Shown here in pieces: positions 39,301 to 50,222 of a stretch of DNA of 64,000 nt. Made by a program: the position numbers and the translations under genes. Source of the stretch: Eledone cirrhosa (taxonomy: Eukaryota); the NCBI GenBank assembly GCA_964016885.1, contig OZ024756.1, positions 13,578,001 to 13,642,000 of the forward strand. The letters are read 5' to 3'. The notes beneath the pieces were generated by a model, which saw nothing but the letters and a program-made list of their open reading frames with translations, was not told the DNA's origin and made no database searches. Within the stretch, counting starts at the first letter, position 1; every line of letters starts with the position of its first letter.

Positions 39301-42300
39301 TTCAGCATGACACATCATCATCATCGTTTAACGTCTATTTTCCACACTAGTATGAGTTAGACAGGTTTGTCCCATTAGAGGCAAGTTGCGTCAGGTGACC
39401 ATGTCTCGCTCATATAGGACTCTTTTTGACTGGTTTTCTACAGCTGGATGCCCTTTCTAACGGCAACCACATTTACAGTGTGAGCTGGGTGCTTTTTGCC
39501 ATGACACCTACACAACCACTTTACAGTGTGGACTAGGTGTTTTTGTCGTGACACCTACACAACCACTTTACAGTGTGGACTGGCTGTCTTTTGCCATGAC
39601 ACCTACACAACCACTTTACAGTGTGAGCTGGGTGCTTTTTGCCATGACACCTACACAACCACTTTACAGTGTGGACTGGCTGTCTTTTGCCATGACACCT
39701 ACACAACCACTTTACAGTGTGGACTGGCTGTCTTTTGCCATGACACCTACACAACCACTTTACAGTGTGGACTGGCTGTCTTTTGCCATGACACCTACAC
39801 AACCACTTTACAGTGTGAGCTGGGTGCTTTTTGCCATGACACCTACACAACCACTTTACAGTGTGGACTGGCTGTCTTTTGCCATAACACCTACACAACC
39901 ACTTCACAGTGTGGACTGGCTGTCTTTTGCCATGACACCTACACAACCACTTTACAGTGTGGACTGGCTGTCTTTTGCCATGACACCTACACAACCTCTT
40001 TACAGTGTGGACTGGCTGTCTTTTGTCATGACACCTACACGACCACTTCACAGTGTGGGCTGGGTGCTTTTAGTAGTGCCGCCTACACGACCACTTTACA
40101 GTGTGGACTGGCTGTCTTTTGCCATGACACCTACACAACCTCTTTACAGTGTGGACTGGCTGTCTTTTGTCATGACACCTACACGACCACTTCACAGTGT
40201 GGACTGGGTGCTTTTAGTAGTGCCGCCTACACGACCACTTTACAGTGTGGACTGGCTGTCTTTTGTCATGACACCTACACAACCTCTTTACAGTGTGGAC
40301 TGGCTGTCTTTTGTCATGACACCTACACGACCACTTTACAGTGTGGGCTGGGTGCTTTTTGTCGTGACACCTACACGACCACTTTACAGTGTGGACTGGC
40401 TGTCTTTTGTCATGACACCTACACAACCACTTTACAGTGTGGACTGGCTGTCTTTTGTCATGACACCTACACAACCACTTTACAGTGTGGATTGGCTGTC
40501 TTTTGCCATGACACCTACACAACCACTTTACAGTGTGGACTGGCTGTCTTTTGCCATGACACCTACACGAACACTTCACAGTGTGGGCTGGGTGCTTTTA
40601 GTAGTGCCACCTACACGACCACTTTACAGTGTGGGCTGGGTGCTTTTTGTCGTGACACCTACACGACCACTTTACAGAGTGGACTGGCTGTCTTTTGTCA
40701 TGACACCTACACAACCACTTTACAGTGTGGACTGGCTGTCTTTTGTCATGACACCTACACGACCACTTTACAGTGTGGACTGGCTGTCTTTTGTCATGAC
40801 ACCTACACGACCACTTTACAGTGTGGATTGGGTGCTTTTTGTTGTGGTGACACCTACACAACCATAATACAGTGTGGGCTGGGTGCTTTTTGTCATGCCA
40901 CCTATATGACCACTTTACAGAGTGAGCTAAGTGCTTTTTGTCATGACACCTACATGACCATTTTAGATAGTAAGGGCGGTGTAGGCAGAATTGGGACACA
41001 GTGTGTGACAAAGTTGGCCTTTTGAAATACTGGTGCAACCCATCTGACAAACTTCAAAACAGTTTACATCCAGTTATTTCCATTCACAAAGCTTGAGTAC
41101 AACCAAACTACGGTAAATTAAACTTATCCAAGATACTGCAATCCATATTTTACCCATATCTAATCAATGTATATTTTCATCTTCATACAAACAGGAAGCT
41201 GTCGGCCATAACGCACTATCCCCCGGGAAAGTTGATCTCTCTGACCATTTTAAAGATGAGATTTTGACTTCACTGCGTCGGAACTTTGAAGAAATTGAGA
41301 CACAGGGTATTTTAAATGTGAGTCATTTTAACATACATCGAAATTCTACGTAATGTAGTTGCAATTAATGGCATGGATGAGTGTGTATATATATGTTTGT
41401 GTAAATATATAATACTCAAACTCTCACGTATGTTTATATGTTTCTTAAATGTAGCTCAAATAGTCCAATGTAGCCTTTAAATGATTTGATTTGATTTATG
41501 TACATGTAAGGACATCTGGTTACCTGGGCAAAACTGGGTACCTCAGCTAGTATATATATATATATATATAGCTACGTTGGTATGGTCACGTGATGCGCAT
41601 GAAAGACGACAGCTGTATAAAAAAGTGCAGGGCAATAAAAATAGATGGTAGCCACGGAGTAGGCAGACCCAGAAAAACCTGGGACGACCTGATAAATTCC
41701 GACCTCACACACTTACACCTCTCCAAGACAATGTCACTGGACCGAGACCTTTGGCGGTACTCAGTAATAGAGAAGACCCGCCTTACCTAAATACAAAGTA
41801 AAACCTACTACAGTCAGTAGGCACCTCTAACAAAATACACCCCCGTCCCGCCTCCCCCACCCCATCCACACTGCCCCTTTCAATGTAAAGTTATGTTGGT
41901 GCCACAACATCCAGGCTGAAACAAATGAGATCGTGTAGGTGTCACGACAAAAAAACACAGTCCACGCTGTAATGTGGCCGTGTAGGCAACACGGTAAAAA
42001 CCTCCCAGACCCACACTGTAAATGTGGTTGGTGTTAGGAAGGGTATCCAGCTGTAGAAAACCCGCCAGACAGTCCTATGCGAGCAAGACAACCACTCTTG
42101 CCTCAAGTGGGAAAACTCCCGTCCAAACCCATGCAAGCGTGGAACATGGACGTTAAACGATGATGATGATGATGATGATATATATATATATCAAATTAAA
42201 AAGTGGAATTAAAGATCCACTATCATCCCTCATAATTTAATGAGCTCAAAAGAACAGATTTCAGGGTCTTTATAAATCAGCATATAGATAGAAGTACACA

Positions 42301-45300
42301 TGTGTTCAATTATAGGGGATTTAAAACCACCAGTGTAAGGAGCATATTAACTACGGAAAGAATGGTGAATACAAATCAATTAAAAAAATATATATTAACC
42401 CTTTAATGTTCAAACCGGCCAAAGCCGGCCAGAATTCTCTACCTTTTTCTCTTGAAACTGGCTGTAACTGGTTGCTCAAACTGATGTTAAGGTATTGTTC
42501 TCAAAATAAATACTTTCAAAATCTCATAGATTTGATATTATGTGAGATAATTATGCGAGGTAAAGCCTTTACCATGAAAATATAATAGTATATATAGATA
42601 ATGGAGGCACATGGCTTAGTGGTTAGAGCATTGGCCTTGCAATCGAAAGGTTGTGAGTTCAATTCTCAGACCGGGTGATGTGTTGTTTCCTTGAGCAAGA
42701 CACTTTATTTCATATTGCTCCAGTTTACTCAGATGTAGAAATGAGATGATAGGGACTGGGGTCCCTATCATTCCACTGCAAAGTGGTCATGGAGGTGCCA
42801 TGGCAAAAAAGCACCCAGCACTCACTGTAAATGAGGTTGGTGTTAGGAAGGGCATCCAGCTGTAGAAATCAAGCCAAAATCAGTTCCCGTCTCACCCTTG
42901 CAAGCAGGGAAAAGCGGACGTAAAATGAAATGATGATGATGAGAGTAATGTGAATGCTAAAGGGTTAAAGTGTACTAACCATCCAATTATAACTATAGTG
43001 TGTGTGTGTATGTGTGTGTACATATATATCATACATAAGGAAATTTGTCACCGATATACATAACATCTTAATGAAAAGATCACTAAAATATATCTAATTC
43101 AGAGAAGTATATACATATAGAACATCTTCAACAAAATCATTGACGGTGTGATGCCAGTAAAGCAATCTAAGAAACCTTCACAGGCATCTTTCCCTAGGGT
43201 TAGAATCTTAGTTAAGTAACCTAAAGCTCCATCAGTGATTTTTGTACAAGATATTCTATATATCATCATCATCATATTCATCCAATTTTCATCCACTTTT
43301 CATCCATTTTTCCATGCTAGCATGGATTCATCATCATAATAATAATGAAATTATTGTGTACAGTGCTCAGGTGCACTACAACTCATCAAAGGTGCATGTA
43401 TAGTACATAGAATAATAAAGTGTCAGGAAAATGAACAGTGTATGAGTCATGATATAATAACAATAACAATAATGAAATATTGTGTACAGTGCCCAGGTGC
43501 ACCACAACTCATCAAAAAAAGTGCATCTACAGTACATAGGGCAATGCACAAACATCAGTAAAATGAACAGTGCACGAGTCATGATACACACATGTGTGCA
43601 TGTGTATGGAAGGGGTACATCAGGTGTAGTTTTGGCGTATTTCGGGAAGCATGAGTGTCTTAAAGGATGCCTCATCATCATCATCATCATCAACGTTTAA
43701 CGTCCGTGTTCCACGCTTGCATGGGTTTGGACGGGAGTTTTCCCACTTGAGGCAAGATTGATTATCTTGCTCGCATAGGACTGTCTGGCAGGTTTTCTAC
43801 AGCTGGATGCCCTTCCTAACACAAACCACATTTACAGTGTGGGGCTGGGAGGTTTTTACTGTGTTGCCTACACGGCCACATTACAGCGTGGACTGTGTGT
43901 TTTTTTGTCGTGACACCTACACGATCTCATTTGTTTCGGCCTGGATGTTGTGGCACCAACATAACTTTACATTGAAAGGGGCAGTGTGGATGGGGTGGGG
44001 GTGGTGGGACGGGGGTGTATTTTGTTAGAGATGCCTACTGACTGTAGTAGGTTTTACTTTGTATTTAGGTAAGGCGGGTCTTCTCTATTACTGAGTACCG
44101 CCAAAGGTCTCATATATTAGTGGTAGTAGGGGGGGGGGGGTCTGCTGCTCAGTAGTTTCAGCATGTTAGATCTAGCCAAGAAGGGGTAACTAACTGAAAC
44201 TGCTGAGCTCACGGTAGATCCTCTATTTGGGGATCTAGCCAGATCAGTTGGAGACAGTTGCTTCTGACAAGACCCGCTGGAAAGGATTCTGCCCCAACAA
44301 CCCTCGCAGGAATAAATGGATGAAGAAGATGTTAATGATGACAAACACAGGGGTCATCATCATGATAACCGTTTTACACTAGCATGGGTTAGACGAGTTG
44401 TCCTGTTGTTTGGCAATGCCAGGTCAGGTGACCATGTTTTGCTCATACAGAACTGATTTAGTCTTGGTTTCTACAGCTGGATGCCCTTCCTAGCACCAAC
44501 ATTATTTTCTGTGAGTATTGGGTGCTTTTTGTCGTGACACCTACACAACCACTTTACAGAGTGGACTGGGTGCTTTTTGTCGTGACACCTACACAACCAC
44601 TTTACAGAGTAGACTGGGTGCTTTCGGTCATGACACCTACACAACCACTTTACAGAGTGGACTGGGTGCTTTCGGTCATGACACCTACACAACCACTTTA
44701 CAGAGTGGACTGGGTGCTTTCGGTCATGACACCTACACGACCCCTTTACAGAGTGGACTGGGTGGTTTCTGTCGTGACACCTACACAACCACTTTACAGA
44801 GTGGACTGGGTGCTTTCGGTCATGACACCTACACGACCCCTTTACAGAGTGGACTGGGTGCTTTCGGTCATGACACCTACACGACCCCTTTACAGAGTGG
44901 ACTGGGTGGTTTCTGTCGTGACACCTACACAACCACTTTACAGAGTGGACTGGGTGGTTTCTGTCGTGACACCTACACGACCCCTTTACAGAGTGGACTG
45001 GGTGCTTTCGGTCATGACACCTACACGACCCCCTTACAGAGTGGACTGGGTGGTTTCTGTCGTGACACCTACACAACTACTTTACAGAGTGGACTGGGTG
45101 GTTTCTGTCGTGACACCTACACGACCCCTTTACAGAGTGGACTGGGTGCTTTCGGTCATGACACCTACACGACCCCCTTACAGAGTGGACTGGGTGGTTT
45201 CTGTCGTGACACCTACACAACCACTTTACAGAGTGGACTGGGTGCTTTCGGTCATGACACCTACACGACCCCTTTACAGAGTGGACTGGGTGGTTTCTGT

Positions 45301-46610
45301 CGTGACACCTACACGACCCCTTTACAGAGTGAACTGGGTGGTTTCTGTCGTGACACCTACACAACCCCTTTACAGAGTGGACTGGGTGCTTTCGGTCATG
45401 ACACCTACACGACCCCCTTACAGAGTGGACTGGGTGGTTTCTGTCGTGACACCTACACAACCACTTTACAGAGTGGACTGGGTGCTTTCGGTCATGACAC
45501 CTACACGACCCCTTTACAGAGTGGACTGGGTGGTTTCTGTCGTGACACCTACACAACCACTTTACAGAGTGGACTGGGTGGTTTCTGTCGTGACACCTAC
45601 ACGACCCCTTTACAGAGTGGACTGGGTGCTTTCGGTCATGACACCTACACGACCCCCTTACAGAGTGGACTGGGTGGTTTCTGTCGTGACACCTACACGA
45701 CCACTTTACAGAGTGGACTGGGTGGTTTCTGTCGTGACACCTACACGACCACTTTACAGAGTGGACTGGGTGCTTTCGGTCATGACACCTACACGACCCC
45801 CTTACAGAGTGGACTGGGTGGTTTCTGTCGTGACACCTACACGACCCCTTTACAGAGTGGACTGGGTGCTTTCGGTCATGACACCTACACGACCCCCTTA
45901 CAGAGTGGACTGGGTGGTTTCTGTCGTGACACCTACACAACTACTTTACAGAGTGGACTGGGTGCTTTCGGTCATGACACCTACACGACCCCTTTACAGA
46001 GTGGACTGGGTGGTTTCTGTCGTGACACCTACACGACCCCTTTACAGAGTGAACTGGGTGGTTTCTGTCGTGACACCTACACAACCACTTTACAGAGTGG
46101 ACTGGGTGGTTTCTGTCGTGACACCTACACGACCCCTTTACAGTGGGAGGGGGTGGGGTCATGCTGTCTACATGCTTCCAAAAAACAATTAGTTTTATTA
46201 GTTTCATGCTTTTTTGTAGGAAATTACCAGTACTTTATCAATTCTTGCTACTTTTTCTCCTACCACACACACACTTCTAATATTTTCTCTACCCTTTCTT
46301 TCTGTTTCAGATTGCCATATCAAGGGCAGAAATGAGCGAAGAGTTCACCAGTTTCATGTCGTCCTGTAACGAAAACAAGACGGTGAGTCGTTACCTACAC
46401 GAATGCTGCCGGATTACGTGGCAGATGGTGATACAGAATCCAGCCATGCGCCTCACAGTCGCCGATAGGGTCTTCAACGAGGACAAACACAGGCTGTGGT
46501 GGTCGTGCGATAAGAAACACAAACAAGGTATCAACTTTTTCATATGGCCTGCCCTCTATGACTACGATAACGGGGCACTGATGATCAAAGGTTGTGTACA
46601 CACCAGTTAA
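32338..46610 (+). CDS. Spliced gene, 427 aa: coiled-coil N-terminus plus MIEAP (mitochondria-eating protein / SPATA18)-like C-terminal domain; join(32338..32909,35886..36093,36917..36997,41195..41317,46311..46610)
   Basis: Five exons with canonical AG/GT boundaries and compatible phases (2,0,0,0) total 1284 nt with no internal stop. The motifs ENINEQCRPSVIARKYDRLESQEWLDAKE and YLHECCRITWQMVIQNPAM...FIWPALYDYDNGALMIKGCV resemble MIEAP-family proteins. Orthology to SPATA18 is not established. Confidence 0.85.
33092..33430 (+). repeat. ~340-bp interspersed repeat; inverted copy at 43335-43670
   Basis: Near-identical reverse complement; the ORF track shows the same peptide MNSARVMIHTCVHVYGRGTSG on opposite strands. 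Confidence 0.9.
33532..33935 (-). mobile_element. RTE 3' fragment bracketed by 41-bp inverted repeats
   Basis: IERSQLRYYEHVVRM...GRRPRGR; inverted repeats at 33490-33530 and 33946-33986. Confidence 0.8.
33990..35850 (+). mobile_element. Decayed Tx1/L1-clade LINE (RT, 3' UTR, AATAAA)
   Basis: KAFGRVDHR..AVLKAAGFGPVFRGWIAAL, SAYAE(N)IT, VWFGPDFQMDKNW, GGLGVP, ETILHALVQ; many stops. Confidence 0.8.
35886..36093 (+). CDS. MIEAP-like gene, coding exon 2
   Basis: Acceptor ttcctgttgtag, phase-2 match (CG+G=Arg). Reads LSSSPAKPVGARRDNRQVENINEQCRPS...FLCFMLM; donor ATG|GTAAGG. Confidence 0.85.
36917..36997 (+). CDS. MIEAP-like gene, coding exon 3
   Basis: Acceptor tttctctctttaccag; 81 nt encoding NIYESSEIAYQNLQSTISNLLKQPTQA; donor GCG|GTAAGT. 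Confidence 0.8.
37029..37470 (+). mobile_element. Two tandem piggyBac-type MITEs sharing a TTAA
   Basis: TTAA|CCCTTTAGCATT...AATGCTAAAGGG|TTAA; copies at 37029-37246 and 37251-37470. Confidence 0.8.
37530..38120 (+). mobile_element. Decayed Penelope-like GIY-YIG C-terminal fragment
   Basis: IGMTSDCFKQQYYSHITSF and LEWIMLEKSKPYIKG...LC remnants across frames. Confidence 0.6.
38590..38787 (-). mobile_element. piggyBac-type MITE, same family, inverted
   Basis: TTAA|CCCTTTA...TAAAGGG|TTAA; body is the reverse complement of the 42399 copy. Confidence 0.78.
38811..38883 (+). pseudogene. tRNA-like remnant or SINE head
   Basis: A box tggcttaatgg and B box ggttcgattc; the cloverleaf is poor. Confidence 0.35.
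39475..40965. repeat. 48-bp minisatellite (~31 copies) inside an RTE-tail element (39312-41020, -)
   Basis: Unit acagtgtggactggctgtcttttgccatgacacctacacaaccacttt. Confidence 0.95.
41195..41317 (+). CDS. MIEAP-like gene, coding exon 4
   Basis: Acceptor ttttcatcttcatacaaacag; 123 nt encoding EAVGHNALSPGKVDLSDHFKDEILTSLRRNFEEIETQGILN; donor AAT|GTGAGT. Confidence 0.78.
41500..41551 (+). mobile_element. Helitron-like 3' terminus
   Basis: Imperfect hairpin tacctgggcaaaactgggta followed by cctcagCTAG|T. Confidence 0.45.
41571..42178 (+). mobile_element. 5'-truncated RTE 3' end
   Basis: LRWYGHVMRMK...EKTRLT-stop plus UTR and (GAT)n; similar to 21662-22250. Confidence 0.88.
42399..42964 (+). mobile_element. 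piggyBac-type MITE interrupted by a family-2 SINE (42601-42941)
   Basis: TTAA and CCCTTTA/TAAAGGG ends; a full SINE is nested near the right end. Confidence 0.8.
43672..44110 (-). mobile_element. RTE 3' end / UTR
   Basis: Reverse complement of 41745-42178. Confidence 0.85.
44515..46145. repeat. 48-bp minisatellite (~34 copies) inside an RTE-tail element (44355-46180, -)
   Basis: Unit acagagtggactgggtg(c/g)ttt(cg/ct)gtc(a/g)tgacacctacac(a/g)acc(a/c)cttt. Confidence 0.95.
46311..46610 (+). CDS. MIEAP-like gene, last coding exon (MIEAP C-terminal domain)
   Basis: Strong acceptor ctttctttctgtttcag; reads IAISRAE, then in frame with ORF 46332..46610, ending KGCVHTS-stop. Confidence 0.88.
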   Translation: MAISRAEMSEEFTSFMSSCNENKTVSRYLHECCRITWQMVIQNPAMRLTVADRVFNEDKHRLWWSCDKKHKQGINFFIWPALYDYDNGALMIKGCVHTS

Positions 46611-46970
46611 GTCAACGTTGCGGCAAAATGCCTTTGTCACATTTAATCTAAACATAAAACATTCCGCTCCCCGCTGCTTATGATATCTTCAAGTGTTTTT
46701 CTACCCCCACCCCCTTTATTATCATCATCATCATTATTATTATTATTATTATACATACACATACATGCATACCTACTTACCTACATACATATATGAGGGT
46801 TGCAAACTCACGCTAAGAGTATTGCAATCACTTATCTAATTCACATGTGTGATGCTCGGATATGGCTTTTCAAGCTTGCTAGAGACTTGCATATTCCTTT
46901 GTACATTGACGGCTACTATGGATCTCCCTGTCATCAGTCTTACATCAGGTTCACATACATACTTACATAC

Positions 46971-47458
46971 ATGATGGCTGCCCCCCTGGTTATCGAGTAT
47001 GGCCATTGCACGATATACCATTATTAATAATTATTAATTAATACTATCGTGCAATGCCTGTGCGTGAAGATATTTTTTAAAGTGAGGAAAGACTGTGCAC
47101 TGAACCAATCCCACTCTCTGAGAGACAGTAGCTATAACCCGAAAAGAAGAAAAGATCAACATCATCGGTAACTACTGAGCCATAGGTTTTATATCGGGGT
47201 TATCCCAGTGTGCTGAGTTGGCTTCTCCTAGAAGAATGCCCTGACAAAAGCTAGGGGTCCTTCACTCCCAGTGGTTTAGCCGCGCGGTACATGTGTATAT
47301 ACATATTTACACACTTTTGGATGGCAGTTGACTCTTATGAGTTCTTCCGCCCTTTGTCAGGTTTTGTTTTTTGTCCTGCAGGGTGTCCAAAATCACCCTC
47401 CTCACCAAGTAAACTTGGTGGGGGTTGCCGGTTCAGTCGCCAACGACCCCATCATGCA
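46971..47458 (-). mobile_element. Non-autonomous RTE-related element
   Basis: Near copy of 5222-5765. Confidence 0.7.
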
Positions 47459-47479
47459 TACATACATACATAATTATAT

Positions 47480-47885
47480 AGGACAGAGAAAAGAAGGCAT
47501 ACGCAATGTTAAAAATTAGTACCAAACTAATGAGAAATCTGCAGATATTCCACCTGGATCAATCCCTTAGATTTATACCTGTGATCATTGTGGTTCTGGG
47601 ATATGTTACTAATTGCCTTGGTACAAATCTTGAAAAGCTGGGCTTCACAGAACCAGAAAGGACACGACTAGATGGGGAGTTACAAGTGCAGTCCAGTAAT
47701 GGAACAGTAAATATATGTAAAACATTCCCAAACTTTTGCATGTACACATGTATGGATACATGTACACATTTAAAGTTGAAACCTGCAGATCCACACATAC
47801 AATAACATAAATACCTACACACATCCACTCTCACAAACACACACTCACACACATATACACCGGTATTCTCTATTAGTGAGAAATG
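47480..47885 (+). mobile_element. R4/Dong-like 3' fragment
   Basis: LMRNLQIFH...FIPVIIVVLGYVTNCLGTNLEKLGF; paralogous to 49790-50200. Confidence 0.75.
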
Positions 47886-48104
47886 AAAAAAAAAATATAT
47901 AACCATAAGAAGATACATACATATATGAGCATATATATACACACACATACATATATATATATACATACAAATATACACACATACTCACACACACATACAT
48001 ACATACAGACATACATACATGCTCATACACACATACATACATACATACACACACACATACATACATGCACACACACACACACATACACACACATACATAC
48101 ATAC

Positions 48105-50222
48105 AGGAAAACTTTTGATTCTGTTTCCCACTCTTGGATGATAGAGGCCCTTCGACTTGCTAAAGTCCCAGACATTATTATTAGAGGCATAGAGAAGCTG
48201 TCTTCTTCTTGGCCTACTATCCTAAAGTTAAAAACAGGGAAGGAGAACTCTATTTTCACTGATAAAATAGAATATTACAGGGGTATATTTCAAGGAGACA
48301 GTCTCTCTGTGATATTATTTATCCTGTCATTAAACACCTTGTCCTTTCTGCTCAAGAAATGTGAAGGATACATCATTGACTCAGAGGTGGACAGAAATAC
48401 GAACTTAACTCATCATTTCTTTGTGGATGATCTGAAACTCTATGCCAAGAACATAGATGGGATGAAGAAAAATCGTGACCTGGTTACAACATTCTCAAAG
48501 GATATAGTAATGGAGTTTGGCCAAGATAAATATTCATATATGACTGTAAAGATGGGAAAAACAACAACCCAATCTAGCAACATTGTCATAAATGGCCTAA
48601 CTGTTTCACCGATATCTGATGAGAACTGCTACAGATACCTGGGGATAGATGAGAACATATCCTATAATGGTATCTGTAATAAGGAACGCGTAACCAGGGA
48701 ATATTACACCTGATTAAGAAAAATATATGGTCATCGGAACTCTCTGTGCACAATAAAACAGTGGCTCACAATGTGTTTGCTGTGCCTGTCCTAACACCAA
48801 CGTTTGGAATACTCAATTGGACGATAGACGAAATCCGAGCAATTGATGTTAGGACTCGAAAAATACTAAACAACACCGGAAACTTCCACATCAACAGTGA
48901 CATAGACCGTCCCTACTTGAAACATAAGCAGGGAGACAGAGGCCTAACATCAGTCCTGACTGCATTTGAGTGTCATATCATACATATCCCTCCGACAACA
49001 TTTATAAACCTCAAAATATAGGAGCCCGTCTCTCGAACAAGTCTATCTGCATGAGACAGATAAGATCGTGAGAGTTGGGAAGGAACTAAACTCCTTGAAA
49101 GATCTGCGTGATAATCAAAAACTCACGCCCAGGGAAGTTGCTCAGCAGTACCGCAGTGAATCCATGGATGAAAAGCTGCATGCTTATCAGCAAAAAGTCA
49201 TACATGGATATGTTGCCAGGAAGCTCCAGAGTGAGAGTAATATAGATAAGCAAAGTAGTCTATCTTGGACCAACAACCGCTATATTGGCTTCCACTTTGA
49301 AGGATATGCTTTTGCAATCCAAGAACAGGAAATCAACATGAAATACCTGATTCACAAAAGAGATAGAGATGCAGGCAAAACACCTAGATGGTCACATCTA
49401 GGTGTTTTTCCTGCATCCCTATGCAGACTCTGCAGAATTAACATCGAAGATGTCACCCATGTCATAAGCAGCTGTCCAAAGATGTCATCATGGTACTATC
49501 TACCTATGAGGCATGATGTAGTGGCCAAAACACTGTACAATGCAATCTGTAGAAAAGAAAGCCCCGACAATAAACACGTTAAAAGCTACAGCAATGTGGA
49601 AGACATACACATACATAATATGAAAGAGTACTGGTAGAATGTTCCAGTAAAAACCCCAATAAAATGCAGGCATAACAGACCAGATATAATGATATGGGAC
49701 AGGGAAAAGAAGGCTGCACAGTAGTGGAAGTTAACTGCCCAGCAGATAGCAATATAATATCATAGATTAGCGAAAAGGAGAATATTTATGCAGAACTAAT
49801 GAGAAAACTGCAGATACTCCACCCTGATTATGCCTGTGATTATTGGGGCTCTGGGGTATGTTAGTAACTGCCTCAATACAAATCTTGAGAAGCTGGGCTT
49901 CACAGGAACAGAAAGAACACAACTAGTTAGGAAATTACAAGTACAATCCATTAATTAATGGAACAGTAAAAATATGTAAAGCATTAAAAAAATTCTGCAT
50001 CTAATAACTGCATATACACATGTACAGATACAACTCAAAACATCCACATCCACACATACAATAACATCCATACCTGCACACACACATGCATGCATGCATG
50101 CAGACATACCAATATACCTAGTTGATGTTGTGTAAATTCCAATGAGAGAGTCTTCTAACTATATTAGAAACCGACTCTCTCTCTCTATTGGCAAAAATTT
50201 GTGAAATTATAAAACCAGAAGA
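48105..50222 (+). mobile_element. 5'-truncated R4/Dong-like non-LTR retrotransposon (RT + CCHC + restriction-like endonuclease), decayed
   Basis: RKTFDSVSH, GIFQGDSLS, FVDDLKLY, YRYLG, CRLC...HVISSC...RHD, HNRPDI; several stops and frameshifts; flanked by (CATA)n. Confidence 0.9.

Noticed and set aside
39526-46335. 499-605-aa repetitive ORFs (e.g. CRDTYTTTLQSGLGAF)
   Set aside because: 48-bp intronic minisatellites open in several frames on both strands and derived from an RTE 3' UTR.
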